The position numbers and the translations under genes were made by a program. Below are positions 34,457-47,639 of a stretch of 50,171 nucleotides of DNA, one piece after another. The stretch lies in contig JAPEUI010000115.1 in the NCBI GenBank assembly GCA_026025075.1, positions 1 to 50,171 on the forward strand, given 5' to 3'. Below the pieces are notes generated by a model. It worked only from the letters and a program-made list of their open reading frames with translations. It ran no database searches and was not told where the DNA came from. Positions within the stretch are counted from its first letter, which is position 1. The number at the start of each line of letters is the position of its first letter. The DNA comes from Vezdaea acicularis. Lineage: Eukaryota.

Positions 34457-35758
34457 TGTTGGGAGAGGAGATGAGTTGGATCAAGGTAGAGAAACGTGGA
34501 CCCTTGGATGGTTGGAAGGTGAAGTTTTGTTGCGGGTTTCATGTCACGTGTGGCGTACAATAGTTGTGCAGTTATCCAAGCTCTCATGACACGCATATCG
34601 GATGACAGCGCTGATTGGGCGCAACCCCGGCAGGGCGGTGCCTGCAAGCAGCTTCGCCCGCAGCCGAGGCGGTGATCTGCATTGAGCTTCAAGCAAGCTT
34701 CCCCCGAGCTGGTGCTGCCGTCATCTGCCTTTCCTGCCCTTTCCGCAAATGTCCGACGTTAGTAGACACTCGAGCACGCGCCTCTGACGAGGACTCTTAT
34801 CCCTCAGCAACGGCCTCGAGCACGTCTTGCACGGCGCAGAATTACGTCATCTACCCCCCGCGCTGCTCCCTCCTAACAGAGCGCGGGCGGCTAAAATGGG
34901 ACTCACCTCGTAAGCGCCACGCTGGGCCATGTGCCCGAGCTCGAGCTCCCCAAGCTATCGATCCTGTTATCACCCCAATCTCTCCAATCCGCCCTCTTAT
35001 CTCCACCACCGCCCTGCCCTCCGTTGTTCTCTCTTGGAACGAACCCCGCGCTGCATGCCGGGAAAACATGGGTTGTGTTGCGAGATAATGCCAGGCCCAG
35101 GCACGGTCAGTGACATAGGGCCTGCGACGTCTGACGCAGTAAATAAAGAAACATCATCCCCCCCCGTGTCTGCTTGACCTGCTGACTGCCGTGAACTGAA
35201 CCATAACACCACCACCGCTTGTGCACTGCCTTTGTTATCCGACTGACTTCAAGCACTTACCTCTGTTACTTCCTTGACGTGTGCTGTCTGTAACCCATCA
35301 CCAGTACAACGTTCCACCTGCACGCCTTCTGTTACGAGGCTTGCATTCACCTGTCTGACACAAGCCTCTCGTGCTTTGAGTCTGCTGTTGCGACATAGCC
35401 ACAGGTCCAACCAGCAAGAAACGCCCGACGAGAAGAGTTGTGCACTAACCAACCCTTTATTCACTCGATCCTTCCCAACGCCCTGCGGTGACTCAGCCTG
35501 GACTACCCGCGAACGTTCCTGGTACTTCCACCGCGCCCTCCGACTCGCGCCCGCCTCACGTCCTCACGGCGTGAATCCACTCGTCCTCTTCCTCTTAACC
35601 TCCAGACTACGCGTCTTCCCTCTCCTATTCTCATATTCAAGCAAATAATCTCTCCCTGTTCTCCCGCAAAGCTTGCTCCTAGCCTTCAAGCCAACCCAAG
35701 CAAACACCTCTCAAACCCCCACCAACCGCCTCACTACCCCACCAAACCCAGCCCGAAC

Positions 35759-36582
35759 ATGACATCTTCCCCGACCATCCTCTCAGTCTCCGATCTCCGC
35801 TCGCCATCCCGCGAGCACAAGCGGGCCAAAGACCATTCCGCCAAATGGGCTCTCGGCGAAGCCGAATACCCCGTCGGACGCCGTGGAGGACAGATGCATG
35901 AGAACCAGCACCGACCGGTGATTCCGCAGCGGAAGTGAGTAATCTCGCCTTTTGCCCCTGTTCGTGCCCTTGCCCTTGCCCTTAGCCCTCGCCCTAAGCA
36001 ATTCCCCCAGCGTCCCTTTGCCTACGACATATCCTGATTTGATACTGCTGTGTATGCTCTGTGTGCTGTGCACCTTGTTTGCGAGACTCATATGACAGAG
36101 GCTAATGGAGACGCTTTCACAGAGTTGCACGCGCAATCAAGCTCTCCGACCCAACCCACGCCCGCACCACGCACCGCACCTCCCGCTCCCGCCAACTCTC
36201 CATCTCCTCCGCGCTCGCCCTCCCTCTGTCCCCGCTCCCCTACTCACCCACCGCTCCATCAGGCACTACCATCCTCTCAACCACCTCCAATCAAACACCC
36301 ACCGCCCACTTCACCCATCACACTACACTCAATCAAGCACCCCTCCTAACCCCCGAAACGGAACAGGCCTACTCCTTCGATGCGTCCCTGACGCCACAAG
36401 CTCATGCTGAGAGCGTGCTCGGCCTGGCGGTCCAGCGCGCGGTGGAGAGGTATGAAGGCCGCGTGACCGAAAAGTTGGTCAGAGAGGAGTGGGAGGTTGT
36501 CAGGGAGCGAGAGGATGACTTGGGGAGTGTTTGTGGGAGCGCGGTGGGAAGGGGTGAGGACGAGGGGTTTGAGCTTTTGTGA
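35759..36582 (+). CDS. Uncharacterised 211-aa S/T/P-rich protein with a C-terminal helix and two AIM/LIR-like motifs; exons 35759-35934, 36123-36582
   Basis: ATG in AACATG context; GTGAGT donor, GCTAAT branch and CAG acceptor join in frame with no stops; C-terminus YSFD..VLGLAVQRAVERYEGRVTEKLVREEWEVV..EDEGFELL*. Confidence 0.75.
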
Positions 36583-38024
36583 AGACTGGTGGGAGACGCT
36601 GACGGCGAACGGAATGTCGGGTCTGGGGAGTCGGTCCGGTGTGTGGTTCCTACTTGGTGGATTGGTCCTGGGATGGGGTGGGGTCAGGTGCTAATGGGGT
36701 GAGGAGTGGGTGTTGTATACTTTCCATCCCAGCATGTAATATCGTGCAAACCCGGTTCCTTTGGCTAGGATACTGGGTCTGCATCCCCTTCCCTTCCTTT
36801 CCTTCCATCTCTTTTCATTCTCTCTTCATGACCGACCCAGTCGTTCTCTTTACCCTTCAACACCCCTTGTATTCCCCGGCATTCCCCCCTTCATGCAACG
36901 ATGATATCCTAGAACACGCTGTCTTTTTTCCCTCTTCGGCGGCCCCTTTTTGCTTCTCTTCCCTTTAGACAGCGGGCGGATGTGCGCTTTTAATCTCCCC
37001 TTGCCCTACTACATACCTTTCTTCTACACAACGGAGTTTAGGCTTGCGGCGGCTTGAGTAGGGGGTAGGCTTAGAGTTGGGCTCTAGGGAGGCAGCGAGG
37101 GGTTAGGTAGCTTTGCTAGCTTAGTGGGTATCTATACCATCCACATCCTCCCTGATGCCCTCTTGATGCGTAATGAATACGCCCCTTTTTTTGAAATTGT
37201 CACTCATACTCGGATGATTCGATCGGTACCACCTCCTTTCCCATTCCCTAACCAATCTATCGCCGCCGTCTCAGTACCGCAGAACCAACTCCCCTCCATC
37301 CCTAGGTATCCGAGCACTATCCCGCACCACCCCACCGCGGTGCGAGACCCGGTATTGTATCGCTATTCCTCGACAAGGCGGAGGGTGGGAGTAGGGGATG
37401 ATCCGCGGTTTAGCATATACTTGATTTACCACCCCCCTGAGATAAACCCTCTCTTCCTTCCCCCCATGTGTTCTAAGTGTGATGTTACTGACTAGCTAGA
37501 GAAGAAATCTAATTTAAACATCCACCAAGCCCAAAACACTGAATAGAACACGGTAAAGAACCGGGGACACAGCAAAAAGGGGTAAGAAGGAGTGTGCAGT
37601 CTACACGGAATAAACACACCCACAAAGCCTTTACTAGCCCGCCTCCTCCGTAACCATGAACCCAAGCAAAACCCGCGTTGGTCGATAGCTATGAAGCTCC
37701 ATCCATAGCTATCCTTCATCCTTCACATGAAAAAAAAATCGGCTGGATGATTCAAGAGGGGAGATGGATAGGATGGAGGATATATACCGTACAGTGCTTG
37801 ATCACCATAACCCCTCCCGGCCACTCAGTCTACTTCCCGCTGCCGCACCAGAGGCCTGGAGATGAAGTTTTTTTTGGAAGGGTGGAGCGTGATCGGGGAG
37901 AGAGCTGGGGTGGGCAAAGTCGGGCTGGGATAGGATAGGAAGGATAGGAATGATATGGAAGATATTCTTCGATGCAAGAAGCTAGAAGGAGAAGTGCGAG
38001 AAGAGGTGATACACAACAGAAGCA

Positions 38025-38090
38025 GCAGACGCAGACGCAGACGCAGACACAAACGCAGCCACAGACGCAGACGCATACGCAGATACAAAT
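38025..38090. repeat. Imperfect (CAGACG)n hexanucleotide microsatellite
   Basis: cagacgcagacgcagacgcagacacaaacgcagccacagacgcagacgcatacgcagatac. Confidence 0.85.
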
Positions 38091-41000
38091 GAAGATATAA
38101 AACACGAAAAAGAGCCTATGGCCGAACGCATAGATCTCACACTCTTCGAAACTCCGCGGTATGAGACTTACGTATTTCCCCAGACACGAGGATGATGAGA
38201 AACCGCATTATCCCACCTTACCCTCTCTCCCCGAACCACGGGGGGGGTGGGAGGGAGAGGACGAGGGATGAGATATATCCCCAAGGGGACTGAGCTTAGA
38301 GGCTGAATTTGGAGTGTGAGATAGGGGGCTGGAGAGCAATATGTATACAGTGGATGTGATAAGCGTTTAATCAGATGGAGAAAAAGAGGCTCTACGCCGC
38401 TCGCAGCTTGGGAGTAAGTAATTAGTCCTTCCCTTTCCAAGGGATAGCCGTGGGAAGGGGGGTGGGTGTTCTGTCAGTGAGCGGGGATCTCAAGATATCT
38501 GTATCTGTCTACGCGTAGGTATGTATGTGTATACATCTATACATACATCAACCACCCACTCACCCACCAAACCCCTTAACATCGCCAACGAAGCACCCTC
38601 TTGAATGCGTGCTTCTATCTAGTCAACGTCGCGCCGGCACCACCTCGGCGCTTTCCAAGACGCAGAAAAGAAAGAAAGAAAGAAAGAACCACGAAACGAA
38701 CTAAGGCCGGCGGGCGGGGAGGCCGCAAAGTCTTGATTTGATTACGCTTTTCATCATCAATCAGAGTTCGAACCAGATCGACCGACCGCGCCGGATACCC
38801 ACGTGGGCCCCCGAAACACGGGACGGGATGAGAAAGTGAAAAAGGGGGCGTTTGCGAGCCGTACGCGTTTTGGGGGCGGAACGCAAGCCAGTTATGCACG
38901 TTTGATGAGATATCTCCGGGACAGGGCCAACCGCCTCCATTAGGGGAGGAAGAGAGGAGATTGCTGGAGTGGTAGGAAGGGGACTCTAGATGAGGAAGAA
39001 AAAAAAAAAATCTTCGAATACACATGTCAGGCATCGCGATTTTCTTCTTCATGCGAGGATGGCTGTTTCGCGAGTGAGATCTGGGATGATGCTGGGAAAA
39101 AAAGAAGCGGAGGAGGAACGGGGGATGATCCCCGTTCGAAGAAGCGGGCTGGGTTCAGGGTGGGTTGCAGACCGCGTGGTCGACAGGGTTTCGTTAGGCC
39201 GCTTGCAACTTGCGTGACTAGCCTGTTTCAGCCGACCGAAATTTCTCCCGGCCAACGAAGAAACGGGATGGCGGCTTGAGAGAGGAGGTGTTCGTGAAGG
39301 AGAGAGAGTGGTTGCCGGGTGAGGGTGAGAGTGTGTGCCTTGTAGCAGGGCGTGTTGGTTTTTTGGGGTCTGGCTTTCTCTCTGCTCTGCTCTGCTCTTT
39401 AGGCGACGGTCTGGTGGGATGTGAGGAGTCGGCGTTCGGCTGAATGGGGGCAGAGCGTCCGGGCCTTGTTCAGATACTTTCCGGACACGAAGTCATCTCT
39501 TAGTTCGGCTGCAGAGTACGTGTGCGTGAACCGCTCGGCGATATGGAACCTCGACCGACCGCCGGGTCGAGTGGTCGGGAGTGTGAATCAGATCGTGGAT
39601 ATGCTGAGGGCGGCGGAGGTTGTTGATCACCGAAAGCTTCCGCTACGACGACCGAAGATTCTCTGTTTCTAGTGTTGGCTTAACTCGTCGTTCGACTAAA
39701 GATGTGGTGATGGCGCCGTAGCGACGATCTGGTCTTGCGATCTGGATTGCACGGGATCACCCTTGCTCGATGCCTGGTCGAGCATCCCTGCCGCCAACAA
39801 CGCTCGGTGGGGCAGCACCATCCCCCGGATGATTTCATTATCTGATCGTCCTGCTTCTTCGACCCTAGTGTCGTGGCCCCGACTCGAACTCCCCGCTTCT
39901 CTTCGCAATGGCCATAGCTGTGTCTCTGGTAGAAGGATCTCCTGGGTGCCCGGTGAGAGGGGCACCAAAGCAGCTCCCCCATGGGCGATGGCTGTATCCG
40001 CTCGGCAGCCACCTCCATCATGGCGGAATCGGTAGCGGACGAGCAGCTCGAAGGCGCTCGCTTCCTGCTCGCTCAGATAGCCCATTTGTCGTAGCTTCCT
40101 CACCCCCCCCCACTCCCCTTTCTATCCGCCCTTCCTGACTTCGCGACTCAGGCTACTCCGCATCTCTGGATTCTCCCGGAACGCGCCCGGATCCACCCAT
40201 TAGGCAGGTCGAGGATGCTGGAGAGTCACGCAAAGGCACGATGGTACCGACCCCGTCCGTCCAAGCGCCGCGATCTACATCTCGACACGCTCAAGCGATC
40301 GGCGCGCGGTGGTCGAAGCGATAGAACATACGTCCTCGGCATGACGTGACGTCTTGGCACGAGGGCCGGCGAACGTCCCTTCTGCTTCTGAAACGGCGTG
40401 GGTTCGAACGTAGCAGGAGCGACCACGTTGGGGAGAGGGGAGGGGGAGGGGTTCCTAGTTGCGATGGCTAGTTTCAGCTGCACGCAACGCTTATCGCGCC
40501 CACGTAGGATAAGGACCGGCCGGGCGAGCGAGGAGAGCAGCGATAGCGATTGGTGGTGGACGAATGCTCGCTTGGTGGCGGTCAGGCCCCTCTCCAGTCC
40601 CCGGGCGCGCCAAGAGGAGCCGACGACGCCGTCGCTCTTCCCTTCTGCGGCAGCTTCTAGAAAAATTCTGATCCCTGCGGCGTGTGCAGCGCGGCCAGCG
40701 TTAGCGCGGAGCCCCGGTGGTGTGCGGCGACGGAAGAGGCAAGGACGGGGGAGGAGGGAAAGGGTCTGACCAGCGCGCCGAAACGCCGGCCCCTCCGCTC
40801 CGCCAAATGACGCCTCCACCAATTTCCCACGTGGCCTCCTCCGTCCGCCGTCCGCCATCCACCGCCATCCCACCGCCCGCCCCTCCGCTCGTGTCCGCAT
40901 CCGTCTGGAAGCAGATCGTGGACAAGCGCCACGGCCGTCGTCCTGGCTCTCACGACGGCTTCTCCATGTCCATGCCCATGCGCGTGTCGCTTCAAGCTTC

Positions 41001-42780
41001 TGTTCTTGCTCTGCGACGGAGGAAAGGAATGATCCCTTCGGTTGATGCCCGCCAGCGCCAGGGAACGGCTTTTGAGACAGCTTGCCCCGAGCGCACGCAG
41101 GAGACCGAATCTGCGTCCAAGGCGCTCTAGCCGTCTCAGCCTCTCGTCCTTTTCCTGGAGAGGGACCGCGCGTGGGGTGCAGATGCCAGATGCTCGGTGT
41201 GAAAGTATTGTGTCCCCCCTCCGACGAAATTCGACGCAATCCCACGCTGCCATTGGTGGAGGATGGAAATGGCCGGCCGGTATACGAGCGTCGGCCGCGA
41301 CCCAGCTGCAGCCGAGATTGCACGTCGAGCCGACGCCTTCCAGTGCCAGCTCCCGCGCGCCCAATGGAGAGATTCGCTCATCTCTCTGGAAAAAGAACGG
41401 CGCTCGTGGATGGAGATTCGTGGTACGAGGAGGCCTAGTGCGCGTCAAAGTGCGGATGGACATGGCCCCCAATCGAGGCATGCGGTCCACCAGTCTCACG
41501 GCGTCTCTCGCAACGCCCGGCCGATGAAGACGTTCGTTCCATGCTCGTTCACTCTTATTCTGTGCAGCGGTCGGGGCCGGGGCTCGTCTCGTCGCGGCTG
41601 TCGTTTCGTCATGCTGGATGCAGCCACGAAGCGACGGCGACATCAACCGCGGGCAGCAGGGTGGGTCCGTCGCGCGTGGCAGCCTGGTCCAACGTGGAGT
41701 TCTTGCGCGAGGGAGGGCGGCCGGCCGAGCGAGCGAGCGAGCGGGTGCGGATGCGCACGCGCAGGCGCTCCCGTCAAAACCCTTTCCTGCCTTTTTCCAC
41801 CCTTTGCACGGCCATTTCCCCTTCTCGGACCCCCACACCCTTCGCTTTTCCCCCAATTCCTTGCAGAAACAAAGGGGGTGGTTCGTGAGCAGCGCGCGAG
41901 AGAGCCAGTCACGAGAATCAGCCGCGACCAGGCACCTGCAGATCCTCGAGGGGGCCTGCCGCGAGCACGCCGTGTGATTTGCCCTGCGACGATGCCTCGC
42001 GCATCCCAATATCGCCCAGAACATCGAATGACGAATGAGGACAGGAGCCCTCGTCTGGCGCACTGCCCGGTCTCCCACCCCCCTATCCCCTGCCCCTCCC
42101 TCCCGCCAATCACGCCCCCGGTCCCGCAGCGCCGGCCGTCCCTCGTGGCCGGCCAGGAACCCCCATCGGAGGCTGACACACGCCATCCGTCGCCGACGCT
42201 TTCCCTTCTTCTGCGACGGGGGCCGGACGAGGGTGGAGAGTGAGAGTGAGTGCTCAGCCCTTAGTCACCGACCGCTGCGTGCGCGCCCGCCCTCGCTCGC
42301 TCGCTCGCTCGCTGCCGTCTCCTTCACCTCTCCCCAAACATCACCACCCCCCTCTCCCCCCCCTCCCTCCCTCCCTCTCTCTCTCACACTCTCACGAGAA
42401 AACGCCGTCGGACGAGAAACTAACAGCCGCCCGCCCACGCCGCCACGGGACACGACTCACGAAGGAACGCGACCAGCCCGTCGCCCTCGCCCTGGCTCCC
42501 GTCCGTTTTTCCTCGTGGTGGATCCGGCTACTGCAACGACGGATCGACACCGCCGGGCCCTGCACGCATCAGCGCCTTGCATCCGCCCCCCCCTCGGCCA
42601 ACCACCGTCATCTTCCATCTTAGCCGGTCGAAGTCGCCGCCGCGAAGGGACAACGCTCCCTTCAAGGCAAAATCTGCATGGTGTGACGCCGCCTATCGTC
42701 CACTGAAGCTATTCCCTTGCCCTGATCCTATCCGGACCGTCATATCCTGCGCCTTCCACCGTCCGACCCTTCACGCGTTC

Positions 42781-45295
42781 ATGCTCGAAACGGCATACAT
42801 GACGGATCCATCCGCCGCCCGCCCCGTCCCTCCGACGACTCCCTCCTCTCATCATCCCTCTCATGCCCCTCCCATCGCGCCCTTCTCACCCTCAACCAAT
42901 TCACCTCCCTCGCAAGCGCCATCTCTCGCCTTTGCACTGTCCGACGAACAGCTCTTGACCGACAGACCCTCGCTCGAGACAAAGAGCGTGAGATCGGCTA
43001 CCCATCTCCGTCCGACCTTGTTCTATTCACTCTCTGCAGAGTCCCGCACCTCAGCTGAAATCTTTCCCGCCCCAGCCAGTTCAGCGTCCCGCGAGGCCAG
43101 CCCTACCAGCAGATCGTCCCGGAGTACTTCAAGAACGCGCAGTGGCTTCCTCTCCTTCGCCGCGCTCGCTCGTGAGAAGACTTCTAGCGCCTTTTCCGGC
43201 TTCTCCTCTCGGCAGCATCCCACCTCGGCATCGTCAGTCCGCTCGGCGTCGTCCGCAAACAACCTCACCTCACTCAGTTCGACCTCGAGCATCCTGAGCA
43301 ACGAACCGCCGCTGCCTCCGCTGCCTCCACGGGAGCCGAACACGACGATCGACGTGCCCGCCTCTCAGCTGCCCGAAGAACAACGGCCACGCCTGTCCAA
43401 GGAAGAATCGGTCGAGAAGCCCTCGCGCTCGATATCAGCCGTTTCCAAGCCCGCCGTGGGTATCAGCAGCCGGCGTCGCTCAAACGAGGACGACCCCGCC
43501 ACGCCCTTTGAGTTACAAGTAGACCCAAAACTCAAGTCCGTAGCTTACGGCAACGTCAACAAGATGCATCAAACATCGTCGAGGTTATTGCGGATGACGG
43601 ATGAGGAACGGCCGTTCACAAGGGTGAGTTTTGATTCATATACTCGTCAATATCCTGTCAACTAATACATGATCTTGACACAGGACTTTAAGGATCTGTT
43701 CTCGACTCTGATGGTCAGCCTCCCACTGACGTCGCACCGAATACGGCTGCAGAAAGTGTCCCATACCTTTACTTCGGAAGAAGCAATCAACAATCTAGGC
43801 TCGCTCAAATTTTCCCAGTCGAATCGGATGCCAGACCCTAAGGACTCATCTCGTATTGTGACAACCACGACCACCACCACTTTCTCTATGGCCCGTGAGA
43901 TGGCTCGCTCGGTTTGCCAACGGTTCTTGGACGCAAGGTTTATTGAAGCAGCAGATGGCAAATTGATTTACAATTTCCCTCTGAAAGGAAGCATCTGGCA
44001 ACTCACTCCCAAAGGCATGCACATATTACAACGATTCTGTCAGCGCAATGGCATCAATCAGAAGCATATCGTGGACGTCCTTGAGTCGCCTCGAAATTCC
44101 ATGCAACTAGTCATATTAGAACGTGATGCACAGACCGACAAGCTTTCACATGACCGGGCTACGATCGAGGTCATCTTCCGAAGATTTGTCGGACAGGATG
44201 GACCGAATCTCAAGCTGAATACGTCAAGTTCCGACTCGGATTCGTTGAGTGATTATGCAAATGGCCTAGTGGGTGTGAAGATGGCCAAGGAGCGGAAGAT
44301 CGCGGACAAAGTGGTGCCGAATACGTTCACTGGCAAAGCGACCGTCGACTGGCTGATGGACTGCTGTGATACGATCGACCGAGGAGAAACGTGTGAGGTT
44401 GCAAAGACATTCCTCACGCAAGGGCTGGTTGCGTCAATCGCGGAGGACAAACTCTATATCCAGCACAACCCGGACAAGCGGATCTTCCAACCGACGAAGG
44501 CGGCAATCTATTCTCTCACCGAAAAGGGCCAGAGAGTGGCTGGGTGGCTGCGAAGGTCGGGAAGCGAGGAGCGTGATACCGAATTGAATGGCGTGAAGGA
44601 CCTGCGGATAACACCACGAGACTCAAATACGAACCGTCTGACGGTCATCCTGAGCGATCCTGCACTTCGATTGCTCTTCAGAGAGTTCTTGCGGGATACG
44701 CACTGCGAGGAGAACATGGCGTTCTATCTGGACGTCGTGGAGTTCACAACGGCGTACAAGACGATCACTCGGAAGGGCATGACGCCGAAGATTGACACGA
44801 TCCGAGAGTCACTCGCCGCAGCATACGGTAGGCGTGCTTTTTGAAAGATCTCGCAAAGCGATCGCTAACATCCCATAGGTCTATACAACGCATTCCTTGC
44901 CCCCGGCTCACCATGCGAGCTGAACATAGACCACAATCTGAGAAACAATCTAGCTGGCCGAATGACAAGGGCCGTCGGTGACGATGAAGCAATGATCAAC
45001 AGCCTGAAAGACGTAGCGAAGCTTTTCGACGAGGCTCAAAATTCCGTCTTCAAGCTCATGTCAAGCGTAGGTGGTTTGGTTCGATGGAGCAAGTTCGAAA
45101 GGCTGACATCCACGATAGGACTCTGTTCCCAAATTCCTCAAAGACCCAAAGTACGCCCCGATCCTCAAGGAACACGACTACGAGGCGACTCTCAATGGAC
45201 AACAGCCCGCTAGCTCCGGAACGAGTTCTGGTTCGCACACAAAGGAATGGTCACCCTTGCCGCCGCAACCAGCTGTAACGAAGCCCGAAACGTGA
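42781..45295 (+). CDS. flbA: Regulator of G-protein signalling FlbA (DEP-DEP-RGS, Sst2 family); exons 42781-43623, 43684-44827, 44879-45066, 45119-45295
   Basis: MHQTSSRLLRMT.EERPFTR|DFKDLFSTL, KFSQSNRMPDPKD..IVTTTTTTTFSM, RGS box DPALRLLFREFLRDTHCEEN..APGSPCELNIDH..DSVPKF; start ATG inferred. Confidence 0.95.
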
Positions 45296-46377
45296 GCACC
45301 TTCTCAGGCTGTTACGTATATCGCTTCATCATATCCGGTGCCCGCCACACAGTCTCGCCACGTTGTTCAAGATTTGTTTGTATACGAGCTACAGATCAGA
45401 AACCTGATCTTCTTCGTCAAGCTGGACATATACAACTGGTCACACCTCTGCTAGACTGTTGCGATGGGACGCAGTGTCCCGTTTCCGCATTTCACCTAAG
45501 ATACCCCAATAAACCCACAGTCCATCAGCCCTTCTCAATACGCTAGCATCTTCACCTCCACGTCACTCTATCTTCTTAGCATTGCAAACAGCGCTCGCAT
45601 ACAAGCATGCAGAAAGACTGAACTCTTTTGCGCATCACACGCACTCGACTAGATATAGCCCTAATCACGTCACGCACTCGCCTTCACATCTCTCCTCTCT
45701 TCTCGACCAACGCATCTCATTAGTCTCATTTTCTGGTATTGGCACCGCGGCATAGACCGCGATCGATCTTGTGTGAAGGGATACCACGGGGATGCCGGGA
45801 AGGCACGAGGGAAAAAGGGCGCAGGGGTCTCCAACGCTGCCCCGCCCCCACAATAATCCCACCTGGACGCTCCTGGGGAACGATGGAAGATTTACTGGTT
45901 CGGTGCCTGGCGCTCTACTACTTGATTTCTGCTGCTTTTTTTCCCTGCTCGCTCCTTGTTAGATCTTTGCTTCCCTCGAAAATACAAGCGGTTTTGCCTC
46001 CCCAGCGCTCCCCTGCCTTCTTTCTAGGGCCCTGGAGTGAGCGAGGAAGCAGACCCTTTTTCGCTGTGTCTTTTTTTTTTGCTCATGATTCATGAATGGA
46101 TCGCTGGATGGATGGGGGACGGTAATGGATGCGGAGGTAGGGGGTCGGGGATGGATTGGGCTGGTGCCCCACCCCTTCCCGTGTAAGCGAATAGAATAAG
46201 CTGGGCCAGCTAGACATACCCGGAGCTCTTAATGCGGATGAATCGAACTATGTTATGAGCACTTTCAGCGTGTCTGTTTCTGTCTCTGTGGGGTTTGCTG
46301 TGATATGTTCGTGACTACTCGAGTTGCTCTGCTCCGTCAGGCGTTATCACTTCACCCCCCAAAGACGAGTGAAGGGT

Positions 46378-47372
46378 TTATAGTTCCATCCTATCCCCCT
46401 CCTCCCTTCCCTCCGCGTCCCTGTCCTCGTCGACGGAGTCCTCGCTCCCGCCTTCCTCCTCGCGCTCTTTCCGCGCTTGTTCCCGCGCGGCCCCGATTTT
46501 TCTGTTGGGAGGTGGGTGTTAGTGGGTGCGTTCTGTATGTTTTGGGGGTTTTGTTGGTATGTATGCTACCATCTTTCCCCCATCTTCCCCAAAACTTCCG
46601 CACCTCCCACTACCCCCCAAAAGAACCCAAAAAGCCAAACCTGAAGAAACAAAAAAACAAAAAAAAACTAACCTCAACCCCTCAACCACCCCACCCACGA
46701 ACCCGCGATACTCAGATACCTCCAAGCCCCCCACACCGGTAAGACTGACAACGCCTTCTCCGGCTAGTACGCCCGCACTATCCCGCATCTTGGCCATTCT
46801 TACTTCTCGCAAGTCGCGGAGAAGGCGGCGGATAGTATCCGCCTCGGGAATATCCTCCGAGGCGTGCTGGAGGAGGAGGTGTGAGAGTTCCAGGAAGTGG
46901 TAGGGGAGGTATTGTCCTGGGGCCGTGGAGAGGGAGGAGGGGAGGAAGGGTGGGGATATGGGCGCTGTGCTCGTGTTTGTTGTTGGGTTTGTTGTGGCGG
47001 GGAAGGGTGGAGGCGGAGAAAAAGCGTGCGGGGAGATGTTGGTTTCGTACTCCAAAATCTGGTGGAGGGCGGAGGGGGAGAGCCAAGGTGGCGGAACGAT
47101 GTTAGCGCGCGATTGGTGGCGGAGGAGGAGTGCGAGCCAGAGGGGGAGGACCGCCGTCTGCGGCGGATGCAAGGGGGGAGTTGTGCCCTAGGTTCCAAGC
47201 GGAATATTAGTGGGCGGACTGACCCGGGGGGGGGGAGAGGGCGGAAGGAAAGACTCACGCCGAGCAGCTCGACGGACTCGAGGCGTTGGCGCGGGATTAT
47301 CGTCACGCTCTCCATTTCGCAGAGGAAAGATACTTCGCTGGGTGTGAGGCCTGGGGGGAGGGGGAGGGACAT
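46378..47372 (-). CDS. PSF2: GINS complex subunit Psf2; exons 47372-47259, 47187-46673, 46501-46378
   Basis: MSLPLPPGLTPSEVSFLCEME, LPLWLALLL, IVPPPWL, LPYHFLE, LRDLREVRMAKMR. Confidence 0.93.
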
Positions 47373-47499
47373 GTTGGATGTTGTTGCGTCTCTTCATGGA
47401 CTTGGGGGGAGGGGGAGGGTGGTTGTGTCGGCGTGGGGCGCCATTAGGGGGATTGTTGTGGGGTGGAAAAGGAGGAGGAGGAGGGATGGTGGGGCGGAA

Positions 47500-47550
47500 T
47501 CCTCGTCGCGAGCGAGCGGAAGTCCAACGCGGTGCGCGGAACGCGAAGTT
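47500..47550. promoter_or_regulatory. Cluster of CGCG-core MCB/SCB-like elements in the PSF2-ALG10 divergent promoter
   Basis: TCGCGA, ACGCGG, GCGCGG and ACGCGAA within about 45 bp. Confidence 0.45.
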
Positions 47551-47639
47551 CGAATTTCCTGGGGAACTCCTGTCGACAACGCAAGCGGACTTTGTTCTCC
47601 GCGCAAATAGCCTGCGATGATGGCACGACACCCCATCTC

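Noticed and set aside
34600..35750. ORFs and a minus-strand GTAAGT at 35260 between BUD13 and the 211-aa gene
   Set aside because: No coherent exon chain or protein motif; probably promoter and 5' UTR
40226..42706. Long overlapping ORFs on both strands (365, 509, 326 and 223 aa)
   Set aside because: Arg/Ala/Pro-rich, open in several frames at once and mostly with non-ATG starts; typical of very GC-rich non-coding DNA
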